Positions 20,905 through 30,801 of a stretch of 64,000 nucleotides of DNA are shown here, one piece after another (within the stretch, counting starts at the first letter, position 1; each line of letters starts with the position of its first letter). The position numbers and the translations under genes were made by a program. The stretch is from Candidatus Multivoradales bacterium (lineage in GTDB: Bacteria; Acidobacteriota; Thermoanaerobaculia; Multivoradales; Multivoraceae): positions 1,600,001-1,664,000 of the forward strand of contig CBDCWI010000002.1 in the NCBI GenBank assembly GCA_965223325.1, given 5' to 3'. The notes below the pieces were generated by a model. The model had not been told where the DNA came from, searched no databases, and saw only the letters and a list, made by a program, of their open reading frames with translations.

Positions 20905-22481
20905 TGCAGAGCGGCTCCCGGGCGCTTGGCTACGCCGGCGACCGTCTTGCCAGCCAGGAGCTCGGCGGCTATTTCCATCGGCAGGGCTTCACCGGTCATC
21001 AGGCGGAACTGGGTGGCTGCCTGATGGAGTAGCACGTCGCGCCCCGTGATCACCGGACCGAAGGCGCGCGCCTGTTCTTCGAGCGCCGTCGGTTCCTTGC
21101 CGTAGACCATCTCGACCACCGCCGTACCCTCTTTCTGTTGGTTCACCCGCCAGGGTGTCTCGGCGGAGCCGCCGCTTCCAACCGACGTCGCGTTGACCAG
21201 GATCTCGAAACGCGACGGGTCGAAGTCCGCAAGCGCGATGAATGGCACGCCAAGAAGCGTCGCCAACTGCTCGCCTCGCTCCTGGCTGCGGTTCACCACC
21301 ACCAGCTCGGCACCCTGAGCGGCGAGACCAGCCGCGGCGGCACGTCCGGCGCCGCCGCACCCGACGACCGCTGCTCGCCGACCGGCAGGCACAACGCCAG
21401 CGGCGGCCAATCCCCCAAGCACCCCCTCGGGATCGGTTGATTCGGCCTCCCACACCCGCCCGCGGCGATCACAGCCGCTGCGCACGAGGGTATTGGCTGA
21501 ATCGATTCTCTGCGCCAGTGGGCTGGACGCTCCAGCGATCGCGAGAGCCGCTCTCTTGTGCGGCGCGGTGACCGATAGCCCACGCAAGATGGAGGCCTCT
21601 TCGGCACCGCTCCAGAAGTCGCTCTCGACCACCTCGAGCCAGAAGTGGCCGAACTCGGCGGCTTCGAACGGCAGGTAGAGACCAGGCAGCCCGAGCGCCC
21701 GATAGGCACCGTTGTGGAGCCGCGGCGACAGCGAGTGACTGACCGGCGAGCCTACGATGCCGCAAGCCCAGTCGAACTTGGGCAGGTACGGGAAGCCGAA
21801 GTCTGAAACCAGCGCCGAAAGCGCCAGTTGGCCAGGAGCTGCCGGCTGATCTCCGAACGCTGCGAACATCACCGGTGCACCCAGGGTGGGTGCCACGACG
21901 CGAGTCCAGCTCGCGACTGCGCCGGTGGCAAAGGCCAGCACGTCTTGGCGACCGAGTTTTCTGAGCAGCTCGAGGGCCGGCAACTCATGGCCGCTGCGCG
22001 TGGCGCTGGGAATCAGCTTGTAGAGCGCCGCCGGCACCGAGTCCATGGCGCGGAGGCGCTCGTTGAGACCCTCGGCCGTGTCATGTGTACCAGGCGCCGC
22101 ATGCCACGACAGCACCCGGCGCTCGGCCGGAACGGCCGCCAGGACATCGGCGCTCAGATCGCGCTCGGCCTCGAGGTCGACGGCATCGAACTGATCGGCG
22201 GCCTGTTTGAGAAAGAGCGCACGCTCCTCCGCTGAGCGTTCGCAGGCACCACCCTCGGCGCGCGATCGCAGGGTGAAGAGAAGCGGCGACCCGGTGCGCG
22301 CACGCAGCCACTCGACATCGACAGACCCGAGGAGGTCAGCGCGCACCTCGATCCATGGCACGACGCCCGCCGCACCAAACTCGGGCATCTCGAGAGCGGC
22401 AGGCAACGCCTCTTCCAGTGCCGTCAGGCTGGCGATCACCGAGATTCGCCCTTCCGGGTGCGTTTTGTCGTTCAGAATCAA
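20901..22481 (-). CDS. aroDE: Bifunctional type I 3-dehydroquinate dehydratase / shikimate dehydrogenase
   Basis: AroD: EVRADL, FTLRSRAEGG, LSWH, LYKL and APGQL. AroE: GSPVSHSLSPRLHN, SVTAPHK, GCGGAGRA and NATSVG. Confidence 0.92.
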   Translation of the reverse strand: MILNDKTHPEGRISVIASLTALEEALPAALEMPEFGAAGVVPWIEVRADLLGSVDVEWLRARTGSPLLFTLRSRAEGGACERSAEERALFLKQAADQFDAVDLEAERDLSADVLAAVPAERRVLSWHAAPGTHDTAEGLNERLRAMDSVPAALYKLIPSATRSGHELPALELLRKLGRQDVLAFATGAVASWTRVVAPTLGAPVMFAAFGDQPAAPGQLALSALVSDFGFPYLPKFDWACGIVGSPVSHSLSPRLHNGAYRALGLPGLYLPFEAAEFGHFWLEVVESDFWSGAEEASILRGLSVTAPHKRAALAIAGASSPLAQRIDSANTLVRSGCDRRGRVWEAESTDPEGVLGGLAAAGVVPAGRRAAVVGCGGAGRAAAAGLAAQGAELVVVNRSQERGEQLATLLGVPFIALADFDPSRFEILVNATSVGSGGSAETPWRVNQQKEGTAVVEMVYGKEPTALEEQARAFGPVITGRDVLLHQAATQFRLMTGEALPMEIAAELLAGKTVAGVAKRPGAALQ

Positions 22482-22511
22482 GAAAGCCTCCGTCCGGTCA
22501 GGGAGGAGGCT
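22475..22511 (-). terminator. Attenuator terminator hairpin that also contains the aroDE SD
   Basis: Minus strand AGCCTCC-TCC-ctgacc-GGA-C-GGAGGCT followed by TTCTTGATTCT. GGAGG in the 3' arm lies 5 nt before the aroDE TTG. Confidence 0.8.
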
Positions 22512-22571
22512 CTACCGCCGTTGGCTGAACGCTCGACCCGGACCGCGAGTGGACCGGGACGAAGCCCAGTC

Positions 22572-22676
22572 TCACCCTTCAGTATGCACGTGCCACCAAC
22601 CCGAATAGAGCGCCGAGCGCTCGCCGGAGGGCGCGATCCCAAAGGTACGAACTTCGCTAAAGGTGGTTGTAGTCAT
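22572..22676 (-). CDS. Putative attenuation leader peptide (34 aa) MTTTTFSEVRTFGIAPSGERSALYSGWWHVHTEG
   Basis: ATG at 22676 to TGA at 22572. TAT-TCG-GGT-TGG-TGG-CAC-GTG-CAT lies near the 3' end. It sits between the promoter and the terminator at the head of the aro-his-trp operon. Confidence 0.8.
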   Translation of the reverse strand: MTTTTFSEVRTFGIAPSGERSALYSGWWHVHTEG

Positions 22677-22714
22677 CGTCAGGGTCCCGCGCTCTTTCTG
22701 GCTTCGGGGCAGTG

Positions 22715-22743
22715 ATTACAGCAATCCGGCCAAAACCTGTCAA
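22715..22743 (-). promoter_or_regulatory. Sigma-70 promoter of the leader/aro-his-trp operon
   Basis: TTGACA-17 nt-TGTAAT with an extended TGn. Confidence 0.7.
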
Positions 22744-22865
22744 GCGAGCCTCCTCCAACCGTCGCCGCCCAGAGTCCGACGCGGGCTCGCCCAGTCAACT
22801 GGAACGGGGTACTAGACTGCGGTCCGCCCCAGCTTTCGACCTTCCTCCAACACCCCCGCCGATCC

Positions 22866-23963
22866 ATGCTCAAGAAGCTCGTCCTCCTCGTCGCCTCCAC
22901 CCTGTTCTCGGTCGTTTTGATCGAAGTCGGGGTGCGCGGGTGGTTCTGGTCGAAAGGCATCGGCCGCACCGACGTCCGTGACATTCTCCAGCGCTCGCAG
23001 GGCGACGGCCCGGTACAGCTGGAGGGCGGCAGCGGTCTCTTCGGGATCATTCAGGCGAGCGAGCACGACGACATCGTCTACCAACTCAAACCGCACCTCG
23101 AGGGCGTCTTCAAGGGCGCGCCGGTCGAGATCAACCCCGATGGATTCCGCGGCCCCCAGGTGTCGCTCGAGAAACCCGAGGGGGTGCGGCGCATCGTCGG
23201 CATCGGTGACTCACACATGTTCGGCTGGGGTGTCGGCAACGACGAGACCTATCTCTCCGTTCTCGAGTCGCGACTCAATCGAGAAGACCCCGGAAAGCGC
23301 AAGTGGCAGGTGCTCAACTTCGCCGTCCCCGGCTACAACACCAAGATGGAGGTCGCAACCTTCGAGAAACGAGCGCTGGCCTACGACCCTGACCTGGTGA
23401 TCATTCACTTCATCGGCAATGACTTCGCTCCGCCTCACTTTCTCGACACCAAACGTTCGATCGCTCCCAGCCAGTGGTACTCGGTCGAACTGCTGCGCGG
23501 ACTGCTCTTGGAACCCGAAGAAGACACCGCGATCGCCTTTGACCCCGACACCAACGGCGGCGACACCGACCCGGGCGAGGCAGACGCTCCGCTGCCGGGA
23601 AGTCGTCAGTGGTACGAAAAAGACTTTGGCGGCCGCGAGGTTTTCGTTGCGGCCATGGACCGACTCGCTGGCTTGTCTCGCGAACACGATGTTCCGGTCA
23701 TCACTTTGATCCTCGGCAGCCACGGCCAGGTGCGTCAGTTCGTGCTCGAGACTGCGCGCGAGCGTGGCTTCTATACCCTCGACGCTGCCGAGCACTGGTG
23801 GCGTGCGATTGACGCGATGGGACTCGAACGCACCCAACAGAACTGGAAAGAGCAGCTTGGGCGAGGGGTCGAACGCCACCCCAAAGCCGCCGGACACGCC
23901 GCCTACAGTGACGCTCTTTTCGACGCCGTCGTGGAGGTCTTGCCGCCGCCGGCTGCTCCCTAG
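22866..23963 (+). CDS. Membrane-anchored SGNH/GDSL hydrolase family protein
   Basis: N-terminal TM, INPDGFRG, GIGDSHMFGWGV, NFAVPGYNT, IGND and HPKAAGH. Confidence 0.88.
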   Translation: MLKKLVLLVASTLFSVVLIEVGVRGWFWSKGIGRTDVRDILQRSQGDGPVQLEGGSGLFGIIQASEHDDIVYQLKPHLEGVFKGAPVEINPDGFRGPQVSLEKPEGVRRIVGIGDSHMFGWGVGNDETYLSVLESRLNREDPGKRKWQVLNFAVPGYNTKMEVATFEKRALAYDPDLVIIHFIGNDFAPPHFLDTKRSIAPSQWYSVELLRGLLLEPEEDTAIAFDPDTNGGDTDPGEADAPLPGSRQWYEKDFGGREVFVAAMDRLAGLSREHDVPVITLILGSHGQVRQFVLETARERGFYTLDAAEHWWRAIDAMGLERTQQNWKEQLGRGVERHPKAAGHAAYSDALFDAVVEVLPPPAAP

Positions 23964-24050
23964 GAGGCGGGGACGGAACAGGGAATCGGCGGGACCGGTG
24001 GTAGCCTTGCCGCCCGTCCTTCCCAGAAAAACTACCCGAACGGTTCCTCG

Positions 24051-25802
24051 GTGAAACAACCGCTGGTGGTCGCCATCCTTGCCGCTTGTGCTCTGGCGGT
24101 GGCCTTCGGGTGCACCGACGGGGAAGATCAAGCCAGCGACTCGACCTCCGCCCCGGACGCCGAAGAGCCGGCGATCTTCGAGCCCTGGAACGCGGGGCTG
24201 GACTTTCTCCATCACACCGGCACAGAGGGCAGTCTTGCGATGCCCGGCATCATGGGCGGCGGAGCTGCGGTCTTCGACTATGACGGTGACGGACACCTCG
24301 ACCTCTACTTCGTCCAGTCCGGTGAGACCTTTCCTGGAGCTTCCGACACGACAGGTCAGCGCTCGCCCAACCGCTTGTACCGCCAGACCGCCGACGGGCA
24401 ATGGCAAGACGTCACCGAGGCCTCAGGCGCGGGAGACACCGGCTACGGCATGGGCGCCGCGGTCGCCGACATCGACAACGACGGCGACCTCGATCTCCTG
24501 GTCACCAACTTCGGTCGCGACACCCTACTGCGCAACGAGGGTGACGGTACCTTCCGTGACGTGACCGCCGAGTACGGAGTCGGTACCACGGGCTGGTCGA
24601 TGTCGGCGGTGTTCTTCGACTACGACCGCGATGGCTGGCTCGACCTCTACGTAACACGCTACGTCCGTTTCGAGACCTCCAAGATCTGTCGCCTCGAGAA
24701 TGGCCGCCCCGAGTACTGTGGCCCGACGGCTTTCCCAGGGGTCCACGACGTGCTCTACCAGAACCTCGCCGGCAGGTCTTTCCGAGACGTGACTGCCGAG
24801 GCAGGAATCGAGGCGGTTGCCGAGGCGGGGCTGGGGGTGGTGGCAGCGGACTGGAACGACGACGGTTGGGTTGATCTCTATGTCGCCAACGACGCCGACC
24901 CCAACAACCTCTGGGTCAACAACCGAAACGGAACCTTCAGCGACCAGGCCATCCTGCTGGGCGTGGCCAACAATCGCTTGGGTGCCGCCGAGGCCGGCAT
25001 GGGTGTTGCGACCGCTGACCTCGACAACAATGGCCACCTCGATCTCTTCGTCACCCACCTGATCGAGGAGTCGAACACCTTTTACGAGAACCTCGGTGGC
25101 GATGGCTTCGTCGACATGAGCGCCGCGGCCGGCCTCGCAGGACCGAGCTTCGACCTCACCGGGTTCGGTACGGCGACGCTCGACTACGACAACGACGGCG
25201 ACCTCGACCTCGCGCTGGTCAACGGCGCGGTCAAGCGGCGCGCGCGCCCGCTCGGCCCCGACTCGAGCTGGTTCCTGCGCGACTACGCCGAGCCGAACCT
25301 GCTGTTCGAGAATCGTGGTGATGGCCGCTTTGATACCCAATGTGACCCCGAGTCGACGCGACCGTTCTGTCGCCGGCACGCGGTCAGTCGCGGTCTGATT
25401 GCCGCCGACCTCGATGCGGACGGCGACCAGGATCTCATCGTCACCAACCTCGAAGGCGAGCCTGAGCTCTATCGAAACGTGGGAGCTCAGGGCAACTGGA
25501 TCGAGCTCCGCCTGGTCCTTCCCGCCCAGCGTCGAGAGGCGTTCGGGGCTCTCGTCGTGATCGAGAGCGAACACTCCTGCCAGACGATGCCGGTCGGACC
25601 TGGCAGTGGCTACCTCACCGTTGGTCCGGCGACGGTTCACGTCGGCCTGGGAGTCGAAACCGCCACCAAGCGTTTCCTGGTCCGCTGGCCGGATGGCTCC
25701 TGGGAGAGTTTCGACGGCACCCGAGCCAATCAGGCGATTGAACTCGCCCGCGCAAGCGGCCAGGCCATCACCCTGGAGAAGGGTGAACGACCATGCGCCT
25801 AG
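24051..25802 (+). CDS. CRTAC1/ASPIC-UnbV family FG-GAP repeat lipoprotein
   Basis: Lipobox (AFGC), repeated DxDxDGxxDL motifs and a C-terminal UnbV-like HVGLG...VRWPDG. Confidence 0.88.
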   Translation: MKQPLVVAILAACALAVAFGCTDGEDQASDSTSAPDAEEPAIFEPWNAGLDFLHHTGTEGSLAMPGIMGGGAAVFDYDGDGHLDLYFVQSGETFPGASDTTGQRSPNRLYRQTADGQWQDVTEASGAGDTGYGMGAAVADIDNDGDLDLLVTNFGRDTLLRNEGDGTFRDVTAEYGVGTTGWSMSAVFFDYDRDGWLDLYVTRYVRFETSKICRLENGRPEYCGPTAFPGVHDVLYQNLAGRSFRDVTAEAGIEAVAEAGLGVVAADWNDDGWVDLYVANDADPNNLWVNNRNGTFSDQAILLGVANNRLGAAEAGMGVATADLDNNGHLDLFVTHLIEESNTFYENLGGDGFVDMSAAAGLAGPSFDLTGFGTATLDYDNDGDLDLALVNGAVKRRARPLGPDSSWFLRDYAEPNLLFENRGDGRFDTQCDPESTRPFCRRHAVSRGLIAADLDADGDQDLIVTNLEGEPELYRNVGAQGNWIELRLVLPAQRREAFGALVVIESEHSCQTMPVGPGSGYLTVGPATVHVGLGVETATKRFLVRWPDGSWESFDGTRANQAIELARASGQAITLEKGERPCA

Positions 25803-27181
25803 CGTTCCCTAGCGTCTGGATCGTCCTGGCAATGGCGGCGCTCCTCGCCTGCCAGCCGCAAACGCTGCCCCAACCGGTCCCCGAGCCCACCTTGGACGGC
25901 GCCGAAGAGGCGGTCCGCCGTGAGATCCATCGCAAGGTCGAAGCGGTTCGAAACCAGCCCGAAGTGGCCCGGTTGTGGGGTGAGCTCGGCATGGTGCTCG
26001 AAGTCCACGGCTACGACGACGAAGCTCAGGCGGCCTACCGAACGGCCGCCAGCCTCGATCCGACCGAGGTCCGTTGGCCCTACTACCTGGCTGCCCTTCT
26101 CGAGACCAACGTGCCGGCAGAAGCCGTGACCTGGTTCGAGTTGGCCCTCGCCCAGAGACCCGCCTATGCACCGGGCCACATCAGGCTCGCCCAGACGCGA
26201 GAACGCCTTGCCCAGCCCGAAGAAGCTGCCGCCTCCTATCGCCGCGCGATCGAACTCGAACCCCGGAGTGCCTTCGCCCATCTCGGCCTCGGCACGCTCG
26301 CTCTCGATCAGAACCAACTCGGAGAAGCCCTCGGCCACTTGCGCACCGCCTTCGATCTGGCGCCCGACTCGCGGGCGGTGATCTCGGCACTGGCGCGCTG
26401 CCACTTCCGGCGCGGTGAGACCGCCGAAGCCGCTCGGCTCGCCGAGCTCTCGAGCGAGCTTTCCCGCACGACCTATCAGCCCGATCCGCTGCGCGCCGAG
26501 CTCCAGGACACGGCCAAGGACCCGCGGACACGTCTGCGTCGTGCGGTGGCCTACAAGGACCTCGGTCAACTCGAGCGGGCACTCGAGTTCGCGCGCGGTG
26601 CGGCCAGCGAGCTCGAAGGCGATGCGCAACCGCCGTTTGTCCTCGCCGAGATCCTCGAAGCAATGGGGCGCTTCGAGGAGGCGCGCGAGGCGGCCCGGCA
26701 GGCATTTGCTCTGGCTCCGGAACGGGCCGGTCTCGCCGCCCTTCTGGCTCGTTTGAGCGTTGAGCTTCAAGACTTCGACGAGGCCGAGCAGTTCGCAAGT
26801 CGAGCCCTTGCCGATGACCCCAACGATGCCGACATGCACCTGGCGCTCGGCCGCATCGCCTGGGCCCGCGGCGCCATCGGCGAAGCCACCGAGTCGATGC
26901 GAAGGGCCGTCGCGGCAAGGCCACAGGAAGCTAGCTGGTGCCTTTCGTTGGCCGGGCTGCTGATGGAAGGCGGCGGATCGACGCGGGAGGCCCGGGAGCT
27001 GATCGAAGGCGTACTCGAAGTCGAGCCCGACCACCCCGACGCCTGGCTGCAGCTGGGTTACCTCGAACTCCGTAGCGGCGACCTGGGCGGGGCGCGCCTG
27101 GCTTTCGAACGCGTCCTCCGAAGCAGCCCGAACGAGAACCTGCGTGCCGCCGCCAGCGAGGGTCTCAGCCTGACGAAGTGA
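25793..27181 (+). CDS. Tetratricopeptide repeat lipoprotein
   Basis: Lipobox LLAC and many TPR units (A..AY..A..LDP, AHLGLG). Confidence 0.88.
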   Translation: MRLAFPSVWIVLAMAALLACQPQTLPQPVPEPTLDGAEEAVRREIHRKVEAVRNQPEVARLWGELGMVLEVHGYDDEAQAAYRTAASLDPTEVRWPYYLAALLETNVPAEAVTWFELALAQRPAYAPGHIRLAQTRERLAQPEEAAASYRRAIELEPRSAFAHLGLGTLALDQNQLGEALGHLRTAFDLAPDSRAVISALARCHFRRGETAEAARLAELSSELSRTTYQPDPLRAELQDTAKDPRTRLRRAVAYKDLGQLERALEFARGAASELEGDAQPPFVLAEILEAMGRFEEAREAARQAFALAPERAGLAALLARLSVELQDFDEAEQFASRALADDPNDADMHLALGRIAWARGAIGEATESMRRAVAARPQEASWCLSLAGLLMEGGGSTREARELIEGVLEVEPDHPDAWLQLGYLELRSGDLGGARLAFERVLRSSPNENLRAAASEGLSLTK

Positions 27182-29402
27182 GGTCGACCGGAGTCAGGGT
27201 GTCGTCGCCCTCGCGAACGGCGTACGCACGGTCCATCGTCACGTCGCCCCACACCTGTGTGGTGTCGCTGGTCGGCCAGTAGACCTCGAGCTTCAGAATC
27301 CCATCGGCCTTGCCGAGTCCGATGGTCTGGCGCAGCGGGTTGGAGCCGAAGCTCCCACCACTGTTGGTGTGCTTGAAGAACGACTGACCGCCCTTTGTGA
27401 CGACACGAATGCGGGTGCCGATCGCGGCACGATTGCTTCGCGTGCCTTCGAGGTCGAGCGTGATCCAGTGGTTGCCGAACCCCGGGTTTTCATACAGGGC
27501 GTCATTGGCCCGGTCGCCTGGGTACGCTCCGCCCATCTGCGCGAACACGTCCTGGTCGCCGTCGTGATCGAGATCGGCAAAGGCGATCGCGTGCCCCTTC
27601 TGCAGGTGCCCGAAACCACCCCCCAGGGTCACATCGTCGAACCTCGAGCCACGCTGATTGCGATACATGACATTGGGGGCGAGCGCCTCGTAGTCGGGGT
27701 AACCGGTGCCCAGGTAGATGTCCAGGAAGCCGTCGTTGTCGACATCGCCGAAGTTGGCCCCCATCGGCAACAAGAAGAGGTCCAGGCCGACCGCGGAAGC
27801 GACCTCCTCGAAGCCCCCCCTGCCATCACCACGGTAGAGGTGCTGACGCTCGAGCGGTGACTCGAGACCCATGTAGGTGGCTGCTGTGACACCGACGGCG
27901 TCGGTCTCACCCTTGTAGCTCGGCGCGTAGAGGTCGAGCGCACCATCGTTGTCGAAGTCCCAGAACCACACCGCAAAGCTGTCGATCGGACCCACCACAC
28001 CCGCACGCTCGGTCACGTCGCTGAACGTCCCGTCGCCATCGTTGTGGAACAAACGGTTGGCGCCTTGCATGGTCGAAACGTACAGATCGGGGAATCGATC
28101 GTTGTCGTAGTCGCCCCAGATCACACCTTTGACGAACCCTCGGTGATCGACCTCGGCAGCCTTCGCGACCTCGGTGAACGTTCCGTCGCCGTTGTTGTGG
28201 AACAGCTCTGAGGGACCGTCGAAGTGTTGCTCGCCGTGCTCGTTGCCGACGTAGAGGTCGACGAAACCGTCATTGTCATAGTCAGCCCAGGCAGCCGTCT
28301 GGGTTGGAAAGTGCTCTTTGCCGAGTCCAGCCTCGAAGGTCACGTCGGTGAACGTACCGTTGCCGTTGTTGCGCAGGAGGGAGTTCGGATGGCGGCCGCC
28401 ACCTGAGAGCCAGGCGCCGCGCAAGACGAAGAGGTCGAGGTGGCCGTCGTTGTCGTAGTCGGCCTGAATGATGTTGAGACCGCCGTAGAGACCCGCGAGC
28501 CCGGCGGCGTCGGTTTGATTGCTGAACCGGAGCCCGCCTTCGTTCTTCCAGAACTGCATCTGGCCCGCCGTATCGAAGGTGGTCGTGATCAAGTCGAGCC
28601 AGCCATCGCCAGTGAAGTCATCGACCACTGCGCCACCGAACAGGCTGAAGGTCGCGATCCCGAGGTCGGGTGCGCGGTTTTGAAAACGCGGCATCGAACT
28701 CTCACTGCCGAAGACTTCGGGCGGCATACGAAACGGCTCCGGCACGCCCCCGGGGTACTCGCCGAGGGTCATGTACGCGATGTTGTAGAGCCAGAGGGTC
28801 TTGAACGCCATCGGGCTGCCAGCAGGTGCCAGCGCGAGGACCTGCTCGAAGTACTCGATCGCACGCCGCGAACCCTCCTGGTCCAGATGCACGGCCTTTC
28901 CGCGCAGCGGCAAGATGCACGCCTCGGCCGAGTGACGGAGCGCACAGTTCTGGGTCTCCCCGTAGCGCATCCAGGCCAGGCCGGTGCGAAAGATCGAGCG
29001 CCCAACCTCTTCCGGGGAAAGCACCGTCGTCAACTCGGGCAGCAACGCGTAGGCAGCCTCGTAGTGCTCGATCGCTGCACGTTCCTCGCCGTGCTTGATT
29101 TCTTCGCGCGCCAGGGCGGTCAAGACCCGCCAGCGCTCGCGGGCACTGGCAGTCGATGAGAGAGCCGCCAGCGCCTGGCGAGCCTGCAGCAGGGCGCGGT
29201 CGCCCTGGAAGATGTTCTCTTCGGGCGTGCGGCGCCGGATGTCCTCGAGTTCCGCCAGCATGCGCTGGTGTCCCTCGCCGGCGACACTCGGGGCAGCGGG
29301 CGCCGGCTGCCCTGAGGGCTGCTCCGACTCGTTTCCACAACCCGCTGTCAGGAGAGCCAGCAGGAGAGGACCGACGAGCCGCCTGGCCGCAGGGGGATTG
29401 AT
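27165..29402 (-). CDS. CRTAC1/ASPIC-UnbV family FG-GAP repeat lipoprotein with N-terminal TPR-like region
   Basis: GETQNC..HSAEACILP, DYDNDG repeats, GHLQKGH and SGGSFG. The frame extends to an ATC at 29402 after GGAGG, adding a signal peptide and lipobox (LLTAGC). Confidence 0.88.
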   Translation of the reverse strand: MNPPAARRLVGPLLLALLTAGCGNESEQPSGQPAPAAPSVAGEGHQRMLAELEDIRRRTPEENIFQGDRALLQARQALAALSSTASARERWRVLTALAREEIKHGEERAAIEHYEAAYALLPELTTVLSPEEVGRSIFRTGLAWMRYGETQNCALRHSAEACILPLRGKAVHLDQEGSRRAIEYFEQVLALAPAGSPMAFKTLWLYNIAYMTLGEYPGGVPEPFRMPPEVFGSESSMPRFQNRAPDLGIATFSLFGGAVVDDFTGDGWLDLITTTFDTAGQMQFWKNEGGLRFSNQTDAAGLAGLYGGLNIIQADYDNDGHLDLFVLRGAWLSGGGRHPNSLLRNNGNGTFTDVTFEAGLGKEHFPTQTAAWADYDNDGFVDLYVGNEHGEQHFDGPSELFHNNGDGTFTEVAKAAEVDHRGFVKGVIWGDYDNDRFPDLYVSTMQGANRLFHNDGDGTFSDVTERAGVVGPIDSFAVWFWDFDNDGALDLYAPSYKGETDAVGVTAATYMGLESPLERQHLYRGDGRGGFEEVASAVGLDLFLLPMGANFGDVDNDGFLDIYLGTGYPDYEALAPNVMYRNQRGSRFDDVTLGGGFGHLQKGHAIAFADLDHDGDQDVFAQMGGAYPGDRANDALYENPGFGNHWITLDLEGTRSNRAAIGTRIRVVTKGGQSFFKHTNSGGSFGSNPLRQTIGLGKADGILKLEVYWPTSDTTQVWGDVTMDRAYAVREGDDTLTPVDLTSSG

Positions 29403-29423
29403 GGACGACCTCCCCGCTTCGGC

Positions 29424-30689
29424 TCAGGCGACCCGACGCATCACCAGGGTGCCGTTGGTTCCACCGAAACCGAACGAGTTGGTGAGGCCGACCTCGAGAT
29501 CTGTCTTGCGAGGCGTGTTTGGCACGAAGTCCAAATCACAGCCGTCACCCGGTTCGTCGAGGTTGATGGTCGCCGGCAGGAGCTGGTGATAGATCGCCAG
29601 GGCCAGAATGCCACCTTCGAGACCGCCGGCGGCGCCGAGCAGGTGACCGGTGGAAGACTTCGTCGACGACACCGCCAACGAATGGGCGTGCTCGCCGAAG
29701 ACATCGTGCAGGGCCTTGACCTCGGCAACATCGCCGAGTGGCGTTGAGGTGCCGTGAGCGTTGATGTAGCCGATCTCATGCGGCTCGACCGCTGCGTCGA
29801 GGAGCGCAGCCTGCATCGCACGGCGGGCTCCGTCACCCTCGGGGTGTGGTGCCGAGATGTGGAAGGCATCTCCACTCATTCCGTAGCCGATGATCTCGGC
29901 GTAGATTCGCGCCCCGCGGGCCAGGGCCTGCTCGTACTCTTCGAGCACCAGGATGCCGGCCCCTTCGCCGAGGACGAAACCGTCGCGATCTTTGTCGAAC
30001 GGACGCGAGGCCTTTTCGGGACTGTCGTTCCACCCCGTCGACATCGCGCGCATAGCGGAAAAGCCCGACATCGCCAGGGGCGCGATGGCGCCTTCGGTGC
30101 CTCCGGCAAAGGCGAGATCCGCGTAGCCGTGCTGAATCAATCGGAAGGCATCGCCGATGCCATGGAGGCCGGTCGTGCAAGCCGTCGTGGGACAGCTGTT
30201 GGGGCCGCGCGCACCGTGACGAATTGACACCTGACCGGCCGCCATGTTGGCGATCAGCCCGGGTATGAAGAACGGCGACACGCGGCTTGGACCCTTGTCG
30301 CGTAGCACGGTGTGCATGCGCTCGATGAGCGGTAGGCCACCAATGCCGCACCCTATGACGACGGCGAAACGATCGCGGTTGTCGTCGTTGACCGTCGTGC
30401 CCGAATCGGCCAGGGCGAGGTCGCTCGCCGCGATGGCGAACTGCACGAACTTGTCGGTCTTGCGCTCTTCTTTTCGATCAAGCCAGTTGCTGGGCTCGAA
30501 GTCAGACACCTCGCCGGCGATCTGACTGGCGTAGGGCTCGGGATCGATCTTGGTGAGGCGCCCGACCCCGCTCTTCGCCTCGACGAGGCCCTGCCAGGTC
30601 GCCTCGGTTCCGGTGCCGAGCGGCGACACCAGACCGATCCCGGTGACCGCAACTCGACGACGGAACGTGCGTGGATCAACAGTCGTCAT
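29424..30689 (-). CDS. fabF: Beta-ketoacyl-ACP synthase II
   Basis: RRVAVTGIG, TACTTG, INAHGTSTP, STKSSTGHLLGAAG and NSFGFGGTN. Confidence 0.97.
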   Translation of the reverse strand: MTTVDPRTFRRRVAVTGIGLVSPLGTGTEATWQGLVEAKSGVGRLTKIDPEPYASQIAGEVSDFEPSNWLDRKEERKTDKFVQFAIAASDLALADSGTTVNDDNRDRFAVVIGCGIGGLPLIERMHTVLRDKGPSRVSPFFIPGLIANMAAGQVSIRHGARGPNSCPTTACTTGLHGIGDAFRLIQHGYADLAFAGGTEGAIAPLAMSGFSAMRAMSTGWNDSPEKASRPFDKDRDGFVLGEGAGILVLEEYEQALARGARIYAEIIGYGMSGDAFHISAPHPEGDGARRAMQAALLDAAVEPHEIGYINAHGTSTPLGDVAEVKALHDVFGEHAHSLAVSSTKSSTGHLLGAAGGLEGGILALAIYHQLLPATINLDEPGDGCDLDFVPNTPRKTDLEVGLTNSFGFGGTNGTLVMRRVA

Positions 30690-30801
30690 ACCACTGTCCT
30701 CGCTAGCCTCACACCCGGCATGCTGCAGCCCGGCGCGAGAGCGGTCCCGTCACCGTTGGCTGCGTCCCTGGAACGCTTCGGCGGCCACCCGGCCGCGGTC
30801 T

